This document shows positions 44,547 to 54,544 of a stretch of DNA of 64,000 nucleotides, in pieces; the first letter of the stretch is position 1; each line of letters starts with the position of its first letter. The position numbers and the translations under genes are program-made. The notes below the pieces were generated by a model. That model was not told where the DNA came from. It made no database searches and saw only the letters and a list, made by a program, of their open reading frames with translations. Origin of the DNA: an uncultured Alphaproteobacteria bacterium (lineage in GTDB: Bacteria; Pseudomonadota; Alphaproteobacteria; HIMB59; GCA-002718135); the NCBI GenBank assembly GCA_902623545.1, contig CACNUI010000004.1, positions 36,860 to 100,859 of the forward strand, read 5' to 3'.

Positions 44547-45746
44547 TTAAATCTTTATCCATTTTGAATTCAATTTTGAAGATTTTTTAGCTGCAAAAAT
44601 AAATTTTATTCCTTGCACACCATCTTCAATTGTAGGAAAGTATGGTACAATTTTTTTATTTTTTGTTTTTTTATTAATCATGTCCGCAAATTCTGTATAT
44701 ATGTTTGCAAAAGCTTCAAAAAAACCTTCGGGATGTCCTGCAGCAAGTCTTGAAGATGTTAAAGAAAAATTAGATACACTTTTACTTGCTCTAGTGATTA
44801 TTTTTGTAGGTTTATCTAATTCAGTAAATTTTAAATTATTTGGATCATCCTGAAACCACTCAACTGCACCTTTAGTTCCATAAACTCTTATTTTTAATCC
44901 ATTTTCACCACCAGTAGCTGCTGATGACACCCAGATTGCCCCTCTTGCATTGTTATTTAATCTGAGTAAAACAAAAGCATTATCATCAACTGTAAGCTCT
45001 TTTGAAAGAGTATTTACTTCTGCAGCCAACTCTTTTACCTCTAATTCTGTGACGTATCTAAGTAAATGATATGCGTGTGTTCCAATTTCTGATAATATCA
45101 TTGAGGGTCCCGAGATATTTTTATCCAACCGCCATTTTAAAGTTTTTTTCTCATCTTTTTTTTTAATTCCAGCGGTATAACCCTGAGGATATTCTACATT
45201 AACTAAGTTTATGTTGCCTATCTTACCTGAAGTTACAATTTTTTTAGCTTCACGCAACATTGGATATGCTGAATAATTATGTGTTAATGCAAAAATAATT
45301 TTATTTTTATGTACTAGTTTTTTTAATTCTTCTGCATCAGAGATAGTAGCTGTTAATGGTTTGTCACAAATAATGTGAATACCCTTTTCAATAAATGGCT
45401 TTGCTATTTTAAGATGATCACCTGCGGGAGTCATAATACCTAAAGCCTGAATTCCATCTTTCCTTTGTGACTCTATTAAAGCCATTTTATTATAGTTCTC
45501 GTAACATCTTTCATGATCTAAGCCTAAAGAAGAACCAAAATTTTTAGATTTTTTTATATTTTTTGAAAATATTCCTGCTTTAAATTCAAATCTATTATCA
45601 AATCTTGCTGCCAATCTATGAGTATATCCAATAAATGAGCTTGGCCCACCCCCAATAAAACCAATTCTAATTTTTTTATTGTTATTTAAGATATCATTTC
45701 GTAATAAATTCAATTTACCAAAGGCAATTTTTTCTTTTTTTGTCAT
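44547..45746 (-). CDS. Gfo/Idh/MocA-family oxidoreductase
   Basis: IGFIGGGPSSFIG Rossmann motif and CDKPLT motif. Confidence 0.75.
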   Translation of the reverse strand: MTKKEKIAFGKLNLLRNDILNNNKKIRIGFIGGGPSSFIGYTHRLAARFDNRFEFKAGIFSKNIKKSKNFGSSLGLDHERCYENYNKMALIESQRKDGIQALGIMTPAGDHLKIAKPFIEKGIHIICDKPLTATISDAEELKKLVHKNKIIFALTHNYSAYPMLREAKKIVTSGKIGNINLVNVEYPQGYTAGIKKKDEKKTLKWRLDKNISGPSMILSEIGTHAYHLLRYVTELEVKELAAEVNTLSKELTVDDNAFVLLRLNNNARGAIWVSSAATGGENGLKIRVYGTKGAVEWFQDDPNNLKFTELDKPTKIITRASKSVSNFSLTSSRLAAGHPEGFFEAFANIYTEFADMINKKTKNKKIVPYFPTIEDGVQGIKFIFAAKKSSKLNSKWIKI

Positions 45747-46516
45747 TAATTTACTATTCCACCGTCAACAATGTAATTTTGAGCAGTACAACCTGAACTT
45801 TGATCTGATGCAAAGAATAAAACAGCCTTGGAAATATCATCAGGTACCAACATTCTTTTAATACATTGACGTTCTAATTGTTTCTTTTCAATTTCAGGAG
45901 TAAGCCACATTCTTTTTTGTCTTTCAGTAATAATCCATCCCGGAACAACACAATTAACTCTTATATTAAACTCACCAAGATCTCTAGCAAGTGTTCTTGT
46001 TAGACCCATAATTGCAGATTTAGCTGTAGTGTAACCTGGCATTCCTCCTTGAGCCAACATCCATGAAAAACTACCTATATTTACTATAGTACCAGTACCC
46101 ATTTCTTTCATATCTTTATAGACAGCTTGAGTTGCAAAAAAATAGTGTTTTAAGTTTATATTCATTCTATCATCCCAATATTCGGGCGTTACACTATCTA
46201 GATTATGTCTTTCATCATTAGCTGCATTATTGATTAGTATACTAATGGGTCCTAATTTTTCTCTTATTAATTTTATTGATTTTTTAAGTTCATCTATTTT
46301 TTTGAGATTACATTGAATAAAAGTTGCTTTTAAATTGTATTTTTTTTCTAACTTTGTGACTAAATCACTTCCTAGTTTTTCTTCAATATCTAAAAATGCT
46401 ACTTTTGACTTTTGTGTAATAAAATGTTCAACAATATTTTCTCCTATTCCTGAAGCGCCTCCTGTAATTAGAACAACTTTGTTTTCTAGTGAAGGGTAAA
46501 TTGCAAATTCTTCCAT
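45746..46516 (-). CDS. Short-chain dehydrogenase/reductase (KduD/FabG-like)
   Basis: TGGASGIGENI cofactor motif and YTTAKSAI catalytic YxxxK. Confidence 0.8.
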   Translation of the reverse strand: MEEFAIYPSLENKVVLITGGASGIGENIVEHFITQKSKVAFLDIEEKLGSDLVTKLEKKYNLKATFIQCNLKKIDELKKSIKLIREKLGPISILINNAANDERHNLDSVTPEYWDDRMNINLKHYFFATQAVYKDMKEMGTGTIVNIGSFSWMLAQGGMPGYTTAKSAIMGLTRTLARDLGEFNIRVNCVVPGWIITERQKRMWLTPEIEKKQLERQCIKRMLVPDDISKAVLFFASDQSSGCTAQNYIVDGGIVN

Positions 46517-46543
46517 GAATAATATTATATTTATTCTAATTTT

Positions 46544-48064
46544 ATGATAATTATTAAAAGAATGTTTAACATAATAAAATTAAATGAAAAAGATAATATT
46601 GGTATTGCACCAATGGATATTCCAGAAAATGTAGACTTGAATATTGGAATAAAATCAAAAACTAAAGTTCCTTATGGTCATAAAATTTCAACTAAAAATA
46701 TTAAAAAGGGAGAATTTATTTTTAGATATGGTCAAATAATAGGTATTTCTCTTACAAATATTATGCAGGGTGAGCATGTTCATTCTCATAATTTATCTTT
46801 TTCTGAATTTGAAAGAAATTATAAAAATGATTTTGATCACCAAATTTCAAATAATATTAATAATGAATTATTTTTTAATGGTTATAAAAGAGAAAATGGT
46901 GCATCAGGAACAAGAAATTATATTGGTTTAATTAGCACAGTAAATTGTTCTGCAACAGTTGTAAAAAAAATTGCTAACAAAGTAAATTTAAAACTTAAAG
47001 AATTAAATTTTAAAAATATTGACGGTGCAGTTTGTTTAAAGCACTCTTCTGGATGTGGAATGAATACCACAAGTTATGGAATGAATGTATTTAATAGAAC
47101 TATAGAAGGTTTCAAAATTCATCCTAATTTTGCTAAAGTTTATGTAATTGGCTTAGGATGTGAGTGTGCTCAGATATCATTATACAATAATGATCAAATA
47201 AATAAAAATGTAGAATATTTAAACATTCAAGATGAAGGTGGTACAAAAGAAATAGTAAATAAAGTATCTATTAAAATTATTGATCAACTTGAAAAAATTA
47301 ATAAGATAAAAAGAACTAACATTCCAGTATCAGAATTAACTCTTGCTTTGCAGTGTGGTGGATCCGATTCATATTCTGGAATTACTGCAAATCCTGCACT
47401 TGGATTTGCATCTGATTTATTAATTGATTGTGGAGGATCATCAATATTATCAGAGACTCCAGAAATCTATGGCGCAGAACATTTGTTGTATGAAAGATCA
47501 ACAAACAAATTAAATATTGAAAAAATTGAAAAACAAATTGATTGGTGGAAAGATCATTTAAGGAAAAGCAATAGCGCACTAGATAACAATCCTTCTCCAG
47601 GAAATAAAAAGGGTGGCTTAACTACTATACTCGAAAAATCTCTTGGAGCAGTTTCAAAAAGTGGAACTAAAAATATGGTTGATGTCTTAGATTATGCGGA
47701 AAGAATAAAATATAAAGGTTTTAATTTTATGAATAGCCCTGGATATGATCCAGTATCAGTAACGGGTCAAGTTGCATCTGGTGCCAATGTCATATGTTTT
47801 ACCACTGGACGAGGCTCATGCTTTGGATTTAAACCAGCGCCTAGTATAAAGATAGCTACTAATACTAATATGTTTAATAAACTAGAGGAAGATATGGACA
47901 TAAATGCTGGAGCTATAATGGATAGTGAAAAATCCATAGAGGAAGTGGGAAAAGAAATATTTAATAAAGTTATATCAGTAGCTTCAGGTGAAAAGTCAAA
48001 AAGTGAAATTAATGAATATGGTGATGATGAATTCAATCCATGGATAATTGATCCTACGCTGTAA
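46544..48064 (+). CDS. UxaA-family sugar-acid dehydratase (altronate/galactarate dehydratase-like)
   Basis: N-terminal SAF-like domain (KLNEKDNIGIA). The large C-terminal domain has Cys-rich blocks CLKHSSGCG and GLGCECAQ. An internal Met at residue 7 is the more likely start. Confidence 0.75.
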   Translation: MIIIKRMFNIIKLNEKDNIGIAPMDIPENVDLNIGIKSKTKVPYGHKISTKNIKKGEFIFRYGQIIGISLTNIMQGEHVHSHNLSFSEFERNYKNDFDHQISNNINNELFFNGYKRENGASGTRNYIGLISTVNCSATVVKKIANKVNLKLKELNFKNIDGAVCLKHSSGCGMNTTSYGMNVFNRTIEGFKIHPNFAKVYVIGLGCECAQISLYNNDQINKNVEYLNIQDEGGTKEIVNKVSIKIIDQLEKINKIKRTNIPVSELTLALQCGGSDSYSGITANPALGFASDLLIDCGGSSILSETPEIYGAEHLLYERSTNKLNIEKIEKQIDWWKDHLRKSNSALDNNPSPGNKKGGLTTILEKSLGAVSKSGTKNMVDVLDYAERIKYKGFNFMNSPGYDPVSVTGQVASGANVICFTTGRGSCFGFKPAPSIKIATNTNMFNKLEEDMDINAGAIMDSEKSIEEVGKEIFNKVISVASGEKSKSEINEYGDDEFNPWIIDPTL

Positions 48065-48081
48065 TTTTATTTTTTTAAATA

Positions 48082-49140
48082 TTAATTTCTTATTAAATTA
48101 TTTTCCTTTAAATATTCCCAGAATTCCTTATCTATTTTTTTATTGTATAATTCAATATTTTCATTGACCTGAGTCGATGAAGTCATACCGAGTAAACAAG
48201 ATGATACGATAGAATTATCATATGGAAATTGAATAGCAGCTTGTTTTAGTTCCAATGAAAATTTATTACATGCATCTCTTAATTTATATGCTTTTTGAAG
48301 CCAATATTCAGCGGTTTCAAAATTTTTTGGCTTTCTAACTAAACTTTCAGTCAAGTTCTTGTTCCAATTATTATCTAGTTTGGAGTAATCAAAATATGTA
48401 TTTGGACTAGGATCAATTAAAATACCACTATTAAAAACACCACCTAATACTAAAGAAATATTATTTTTCTGACATACTGGAATTAGTTCATCTAAGCTTG
48501 TTTGATCTATTAAAGTATACCGGCCAGCTAATAAAAAACAATCAAAACAGCCTTCTTTTGCAAATTCAATAAGCATTTCATTTTGATTCATTCCACAACC
48601 TATTGCTTTTACAACACCTTCGTCTCTTAACTGTATCATGGCTTTTACAGCGCCTTTTTTTGCATCCTCAAAATGCTCTGGATGATTATCAGGATCATGA
48701 AGATAAAGAATATCTATTTTATCTAAACCTAATCTTTTAAGACTATCTTCAATTGATTGCATAGCACCATCATAGGTAAAATTGAATACTGAGTCTTTAT
48801 CTTGAGGAGAGCCAATGAATTTTTCTACAGCTTTAGATTTTTTAGTATCAACAATCAGCCTTCCTACTTTTGTTGAAATAACAAAGTCTTCTCTTTTTTG
48901 TTTTTGTAAAAAATTACCTAATCTTTTTTCAGACATTCCAGATCCATAAAGTGGTGCTGTATCAAAATACCTTATTCCTTTACTCCAAGCAGTTTCAAGA
49001 GAGAGATTTGCGTCCTGATCACTTACAGCTACTGGCCAACCACCTAAGGGTGCGCATCCAAAACCAAGCTCAGATACTTCAATATTGGTATTGCTAATTT
49101 TTCTTTTATTTATCATTGTAATTTTAGAGTATACCCTCAA
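48082..49140 (-). CDS. Aldo/keto reductase (aldose 1-dehydrogenase-like)
   Basis: LGFGCAPLGG and YFDTAPLYG AKR motifs. A start at the internal Met (49116) would remove the 17-nt overlap with the upstream gene. Confidence 0.75.
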   Translation of the reverse strand: MRVYSKITMINKRKISNTNIEVSELGFGCAPLGGWPVAVSDQDANLSLETAWSKGIRYFDTAPLYGSGMSEKRLGNFLQKQKREDFVISTKVGRLIVDTKKSKAVEKFIGSPQDKDSVFNFTYDGAMQSIEDSLKRLGLDKIDILYLHDPDNHPEHFEDAKKGAVKAMIQLRDEGVVKAIGCGMNQNEMLIEFAKEGCFDCFLLAGRYTLIDQTSLDELIPVCQKNNISLVLGGVFNSGILIDPSPNTYFDYSKLDNNWNKNLTESLVRKPKNFETAEYWLQKAYKLRDACNKFSLELKQAAIQFPYDNSIVSSCLLGMTSSTQVNENIELYNKKIDKEFWEYLKENNLIRN

Positions 49141-50278
49141 AAGAATGTTGATAAAGTTTTAAAAAATCGTCTTGATTTAATTTTATCGGATTTGAGCCAG
49201 TAGAAGGATCGTTTAAAGCCATAATACTCATTTTTTCAAAATTAGAATCGTCATTAATTAATTCTTTTAAAGTATGCGGAATAGATAATAACTTTCTCAA
49301 ATCTAGTATCCAATCTAAAAAAGAATTGAATGATGGATTTGATAAATTTAAATATCTCGAAAGATCTACTATCTTATTTTCAATTGCTTCTTTATTTCTA
49401 ATTAGAACATAAGGCATAAATACTGCATTTGTTAAACCGTGATGCGTATTATAAATTGCACCAATAGGATGACTGAGTGAATGTATCGCTCCTAAACCTT
49501 TTTGAAATGCTATCGAGCCCATAGATGAACTTGCAAGCATATTTGCCCTAGCTCTTATATTATTACCATCTTTGTAAGCTGCAAATAAATTATCTTTTAT
49601 TATTTTCATTCCTTCTAAAGCTATTCCTTGTGATAATGGATGAAAAATAACAGATGAATAGGCCTCAAGACAGTGTGCCAATGCATCCATTCCAGTAAAA
49701 GCAGTTAAAGAAGGAGGTAAAGGAATAGTTAGATCAGGATCTAGTATAACAATTGAAGGAAGCATTTTAGGATGAAAAATGATTTTTTTTTCTTTTGTAA
49801 CCTCATTAGTAAAAACTGAAGCCCGTCCTGTTTCTGAACCAGTTCCTGCTGTAGTAGGTACAGCTATTATCGGAAATATTACATCACTATTTGCACGAGT
49901 CCACCAGTCACCAATATCTTCAAAATCCCATAATGGTCTTTCTTGTTTAGACATAAAAGCAATACCTTTTCCAGTGTCCATCCCAGATCCACCCCCTACT
50001 GCAATAATACCATCGTGATTATTTTGGTTGAATTTCATAACACCATCTTCCACATTTTGACCTGTGGGATTTGATTTTACATTGCTAAATATATCTGCTG
50101 ATTGATTTAAAGAATTATTAATTTTATTTATTATATCAGTTTGTAAAATACCTGGATCAGTAACTATTAAAGGATTTTTCATGTTTAAATCATCACATGC
50201 CTTTTGGATATCTTTTATTCTGTTTAAACCAAACCACATTGTTGTTGGATAATTCCAGTTGATATTTTCAATTTCCAT
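49124..50278 (-). CDS. Iron-containing (group III) alcohol dehydrogenase, lactaldehyde-reductase-like
   Basis: GGGSGMDTGK motif and metal-binding His cluster HSLSHPIGAIYNTHHG. Confidence 0.8.
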   Translation of the reverse strand: MEIENINWNYPTTMWFGLNRIKDIQKACDDLNMKNPLIVTDPGILQTDIINKINNSLNQSADIFSNVKSNPTGQNVEDGVMKFNQNNHDGIIAVGGGSGMDTGKGIAFMSKQERPLWDFEDIGDWWTRANSDVIFPIIAVPTTAGTGSETGRASVFTNEVTKEKKIIFHPKMLPSIVILDPDLTIPLPPSLTAFTGMDALAHCLEAYSSVIFHPLSQGIALEGMKIIKDNLFAAYKDGNNIRARANMLASSSMGSIAFQKGLGAIHSLSHPIGAIYNTHHGLTNAVFMPYVLIRNKEAIENKIVDLSRYLNLSNPSFNSFLDWILDLRKLLSIPHTLKELINDDSNFEKMSIMALNDPSTGSNPIKLNQDDFLKLYQHSFEGIL

Positions 50279-51657
50279 TAGATTGTCCTTATGTGATAAC
50301 TTTTTGCTCTAGTTAGATGATCAAAACCTAAAACTGATAGTGTTACACCAATACCAGTATCCTTAACTCCAGTCCATGCAAGACCTGGATCAAGATAATC
50401 ACATCTATTCATAAAAAATGTTCCAGTTTCAATTTTTGACCCCATATCTTTTGCAAATTCTGTGTCTGAGGTCCAAACACTTGCAGTTAATCCATAATCA
50501 CTATCATTCATAAGTTGTATTGCTTCCTTTTCATTAGAAACTTTCATTATACCAACTGTTGGGCCAAATGTTTCTTCTTTCATAAATTCCATTGAATGAT
50601 CAACATCTACCAAAGCTGAAGGCCCTACATAGCAATTGGAACCATCATCCATTTTGAAAATTTTATCATTAACAATATTTTTTGCCCCTACATTAATTGC
50701 TTTTGAAACTTGGGATCGAATGTATTCAGCTGCTTTTAATTTTACAACTGGACCTAAATTAGTCTCTTTTTCTAATGGATTTCCTAAAATATATTTTTCA
50801 GCAGTATTTTTAAATCCTTCAACAAATTTATCATATATCTTTTCATCCACGTAAATTCTTTCAATACCACAACAAGATTGACCAGAATTAAAGTACGATC
50901 CATCAACTAAATTTTCAATAGCGTGATTTAAATTACAATCACTTCTTACATAAGCAGGATCTTTTCCTCCAAGTTCTAATCCAGCACTTATAAATCTTGT
51001 CCCTATTGATTTTTTTATTTCTTTCCCTCCACTTACTGAACCAGTAAATAGAACATGATTAATTCTGGAATCCGATATTACTTTTGAAGTAGTCGAATGA
51101 TCTAAATGTAAGAATTGAAAAATATATTTAGGTAAGTTTGCCTTTTTTGCAGCTTCAAATAATTGTTCAGCACAAAGTGGAGTCTGAGATGAATGTTTAA
51201 GTATAACTGCATTACCTGCAAGTAAACTTGGTACGATTGAATTAACTGAAGTATTAAATGGATAATTCCAAGGAGCAATTACAAAAATTGTACCCAAAGG
51301 TTCTTTCTTTATAAAATTATCAAATTCATTATCTTTCTTTGATATTACATCCTCTAAGGCCTTATCAGAATTATCTATCATGAACTTGGCTCTTTCTTCA
51401 AATCCACGCATCTCTCCCGGGCATTGACTAATCGGCCTTCCTATTTGCTTACATAAAGTCTCTATTACTTCTTCTTGGTTTGATAAAAAACTATTAACAA
51501 ACTTACTTACGAGATTTTTTCTCTCTACTAAAGGAGTATTACTCCAATTTTTTCTAGCAATTAATGAATTTTCTAATGCATCCTCTACTTCAGTATTTGA
51601 TGCAAAATTTCTTTCTACAAATATGGTATTATCTATGGGAGTTACTGTCTTGATCAT
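50278..51657 (-). CDS. NAD(P)-dependent aldehyde dehydrogenase
   Basis: LELGGKDP and FNSGQSCCGIER (catalytic Cys) motifs. Confidence 0.85.
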   Translation of the reverse strand: MIKTVTPIDNTIFVERNFASNTEVEDALENSLIARKNWSNTPLVERKNLVSKFVNSFLSNQEEVIETLCKQIGRPISQCPGEMRGFEERAKFMIDNSDKALEDVISKKDNEFDNFIKKEPLGTIFVIAPWNYPFNTSVNSIVPSLLAGNAVILKHSSQTPLCAEQLFEAAKKANLPKYIFQFLHLDHSTTSKVISDSRINHVLFTGSVSGGKEIKKSIGTRFISAGLELGGKDPAYVRSDCNLNHAIENLVDGSYFNSGQSCCGIERIYVDEKIYDKFVEGFKNTAEKYILGNPLEKETNLGPVVKLKAAEYIRSQVSKAINVGAKNIVNDKIFKMDDGSNCYVGPSALVDVDHSMEFMKEETFGPTVGIMKVSNEKEAIQLMNDSDYGLTASVWTSDTEFAKDMGSKIETGTFFMNRCDYLDPGLAWTGVKDTGIGVTLSVLGFDHLTRAKSYHIRTI

Positions 51658-51663
51658 AAATAA

Positions 51664-53022
51664 TTAACCTCTTTCAAAATATCTTCTAAGTTGCCAATCG
51701 TTGACAGAGGTGTCATAATCTTTTTGCTCCCATTCAGCTGCATGAATATAATGTTCTAATACATCTTTACTAAATATTTCTTTTAATAATTTTGATTTTT
51801 TTGCAAGTTGGATTGCTTCATTTAGTGTTTTTGGAACTTCATTAACTTTTTTCTCATAAATATTTCCAGTATATGGTTTTTCTAACTTTAGTTTATTTTT
51901 TATTCCATATAATCCAGCACCAACTAGTGATGCAAAAGCTAAGTAAGGATTCACATCAGCCCCAGGAACTCTACATTCAATTCTTATTGATGAACCGTGA
52001 CCAGCTAGCCTAAAACCAGCTGTTCTATTATCTATACCCCAAACTGATTTAGTTGGTGCAAAAGATCCCTCTTGAAATCTTTTATAAGAATTAATGTTAG
52101 GAGCTAAAAAAATTGATATTTCTGAAAGAAATTTAATTTGTCCAGCAACATAACTTTTGAAAATGTCAGACATGCCATATTGATCTTTTGAGTTATAAAA
52201 AATATTTTTTTTAGTTTTTTTATCAAAAAGTGAGTTGTGAATATGGCATGAACTTCCACAAACATTTTTATTGTATTTAGCCATAAATGTAATTGCTTTA
52301 TTATGTTTAAATGCAATTTCCTTTGCAGCATTTTTAATTAGTATATGATTATCTGCCATGCTTAGAGCATCTGTAAAAACAACATTTATTTCTTCCTGAC
52401 CTGGGGCAGCTTCACCTTTAGAACACTCTACATAAATACCTGACTCTAAAAGAGAATTTCTTAACTCACGCATTACATCTTCTTCTTTAGTGGTTTGAAA
52501 AATCATATAATCTTCTATGTACCATGATGATTCTTTAAAATTGGTATAATTATTTTTATGTATTTCTTCATAAGTTTGATTAAATAAAAAAAACTCTAGC
52601 TCTGAGCCAACCATAGAAACAAAACCCATATCATCTGCTTTTTTTAATACATCTTTTAGTATTTGCCTTGTTGAGTGCTCAAGTGGTTTTTTTCCATTAT
52701 GATCCAGACAATCACACAAAACTATTGCTGTTTTTTCTAACCAATGAGCAATTTTAATTGTTTTTAAATCAGGTATTACGGTCATGTCGCCATATCCGGT
52801 TTCCCATGAAGAAGATTTGTACCCTGGTACAGTAAACATATCCATGTCAACTGTATAAAGATAGTCACACATATGTGTTTCTTTATAAATGTAGTCTAAA
52901 AAAGCTTTTCCAGTTACTCTTTTTCCATTTAATCTACCTTGCATGTCTGATACACATACAAGCACAGTATCTATTTCTTTAGTTTTTATTTTTTTCTTTA
53001 AATCGTTAAATGTAATACTCAT
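51664..53022 (-). CDS. Glutamine-synthetase-family ligase, gamma-glutamylpolyamine/amine synthetase (PuuA)-like
   Basis: GS blocks are SELEFF, CGSSCHIHNSL, NSYKRF and RIECRVPGADVNPYL. It is the first gene of an operon with ALDH, Fe-ADH and AKR. Confidence 0.7.
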   Translation of the reverse strand: MSITFNDLKKKIKTKEIDTVLVCVSDMQGRLNGKRVTGKAFLDYIYKETHMCDYLYTVDMDMFTVPGYKSSSWETGYGDMTVIPDLKTIKIAHWLEKTAIVLCDCLDHNGKKPLEHSTRQILKDVLKKADDMGFVSMVGSELEFFLFNQTYEEIHKNNYTNFKESSWYIEDYMIFQTTKEEDVMRELRNSLLESGIYVECSKGEAAPGQEEINVVFTDALSMADNHILIKNAAKEIAFKHNKAITFMAKYNKNVCGSSCHIHNSLFDKKTKKNIFYNSKDQYGMSDIFKSYVAGQIKFLSEISIFLAPNINSYKRFQEGSFAPTKSVWGIDNRTAGFRLAGHGSSIRIECRVPGADVNPYLAFASLVGAGLYGIKNKLKLEKPYTGNIYEKKVNEVPKTLNEAIQLAKKSKLLKEIFSKDVLEHYIHAAEWEQKDYDTSVNDWQLRRYFERG

Positions 53023-53110
53023 TATTAATTATTATTGATTAAATCTATCATTATTCTTTTCAAAGTGATAAAGAATTACACTTAAATAACTAAAATATAA
53101 AGTAAGAAAT

Positions 53111-54544
53111 ATGAAACAATACAAAAATTTTATAGATGGCAAGTGGATAGAAAGTGAATCAAAAGAAACAATCAAGGTTGATGATCCAGCTAACGGCAAA
53201 GTTATTGGTGAAATAAGTTGTGCAAAAAAAAATGAAGTAGATCTTGCTGTTGATGCTGCAAGAGGGTCTTTTGAAAGTCGAGTACTTGTCGATATGCCTT
53301 TATTAGCTAGAGCAAAACTGATGCGAAGAATTGCTGATGAAACTAGAAAGATTGCTAAAGAAGGTGGTGAGCTTCTTTGTTATGAAAATGGTAAAACCTT
53401 AGGTGCAGCAGTCAAAGAATTTAATGATGTTGCAGATATGTTTGACTATTATGCTGGTCTCACTGACAAGCTTGAAGGTAAAACTATTCCGGTTTCAACT
53501 AATGTTTTTGATTATACAGTTTTAGAACCATTTGGTGTTTCAGCACATATTGTTCCATGGAATTATCCATTATCTATGATTGGAAGATCATTATCATGTT
53601 CATTTGCTACTGGTAACTCGACTATAATAAAAACAGCGGAGTTAACTCCTTTATCTGCTACAGTATTTGCGCAAGCTTTAATAAATGCTGAGGTTCCTAA
53701 TGGATTAATAAATATAATATGTGGTTATGGAAACGAAGCTGGATCGTATTTAGTATCTCACGAAGATGTGAATCATGTTGTTTTTACGGGATCAGTAGCA
53801 ACAGGTAAAAAAATTCTTCATGCATGTGCTGATAAAGCAATTCCAGCTGTAGTAGAATTGGGGGGCAAGTCAGCAGGTATAGTATATCCAGATGCAAACA
53901 TAGATGACATTCTTTATAGTGCAAGACATGGAATTTTTGGAGTAGCTGGTCAAATATGTACCGCTATGTCCAGATTAGTTGTTCACAAATCTATTAAAGA
54001 TGAAGTGGTAGATAAATTAGTTGATTTAAGTAAGTCACTAAAAATTGGCCCAGGTATTGAAAAAGACACTGATCTAACTCCTGTAATATCTGAAAACCAA
54101 CTTCAAAAAGTTGAAGGCTATGCTAGATCTGGAATTCAAGAGGGAGCAGACGCAGCCCATGGTGGTAAAAGAATTCAACGTGATGGTTATTTTATGGAAC
54201 CAACAATTCTAAATAATGTCAAACAAGATATGACAGTTGCTAGAGAAGAAATATTTGGACCAGTACTATCTATACTTGAATATGAGGACCAAGAGGAAGC
54301 AATAAAAATTGCGAATGATACAGATTATGGTTTAGGAGCAGGTGTATTCACCAAAGACCTGAAAAAGGCTTCGTGGACAGCTAGCAAGTTAGAAGCTGGA
54401 CAGGTTTATGTCAATAAATGGTTTACAGGAAATCATGCTACTCCCTTTGGAGGCTATAAACAATCTGGGTATAGTCGTGAAAAAGGTATTGATGGATTAA
54501 AATCATATCTTCAAGTAAAAAACGTTGGAATAAGTCTATCTTAA
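53111..54544 (+). CDS. NAD(P)-dependent aldehyde dehydrogenase (betaine-aldehyde/PuuC-like)
   Basis: FTGS, VELGGKSA and GQICTAMSR (catalytic Cys) motifs. Confidence 0.85.
   Translation: MKQYKNFIDGKWIESESKETIKVDDPANGKVIGEISCAKKNEVDLAVDAARGSFESRVLVDMPLLARAKLMRRIADETRKIAKEGGELLCYENGKTLGAAVKEFNDVADMFDYYAGLTDKLEGKTIPVSTNVFDYTVLEPFGVSAHIVPWNYPLSMIGRSLSCSFATGNSTIIKTAELTPLSATVFAQALINAEVPNGLINIICGYGNEAGSYLVSHEDVNHVVFTGSVATGKKILHACADKAIPAVVELGGKSAGIVYPDANIDDILYSARHGIFGVAGQICTAMSRLVVHKSIKDEVVDKLVDLSKSLKIGPGIEKDTDLTPVISENQLQKVEGYARSGIQEGADAAHGGKRIQRDGYFMEPTILNNVKQDMTVAREEIFGPVLSILEYEDQEEAIKIANDTDYGLGAGVFTKDLKKASWTASKLEAGQVYVNKWFTGNHATPFGGYKQSGYSREKGIDGLKSYLQVKNVGISLS

Noticed and set aside
53053-53076. 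Inverted repeat ATTCTTT-N10-AAAGAAT in the divergent promoter between the PuuA-like and ALDH genes, and GTTTTGA-N29-TCAAAAC in the spacer at 60332-60403.
   Set aside because: The arms are short (7 bp) and AT-rich, and such repeats are expected by chance in spacers of this composition. There is no second copy elsewhere and no adjacent regulator gene to support an operator call.
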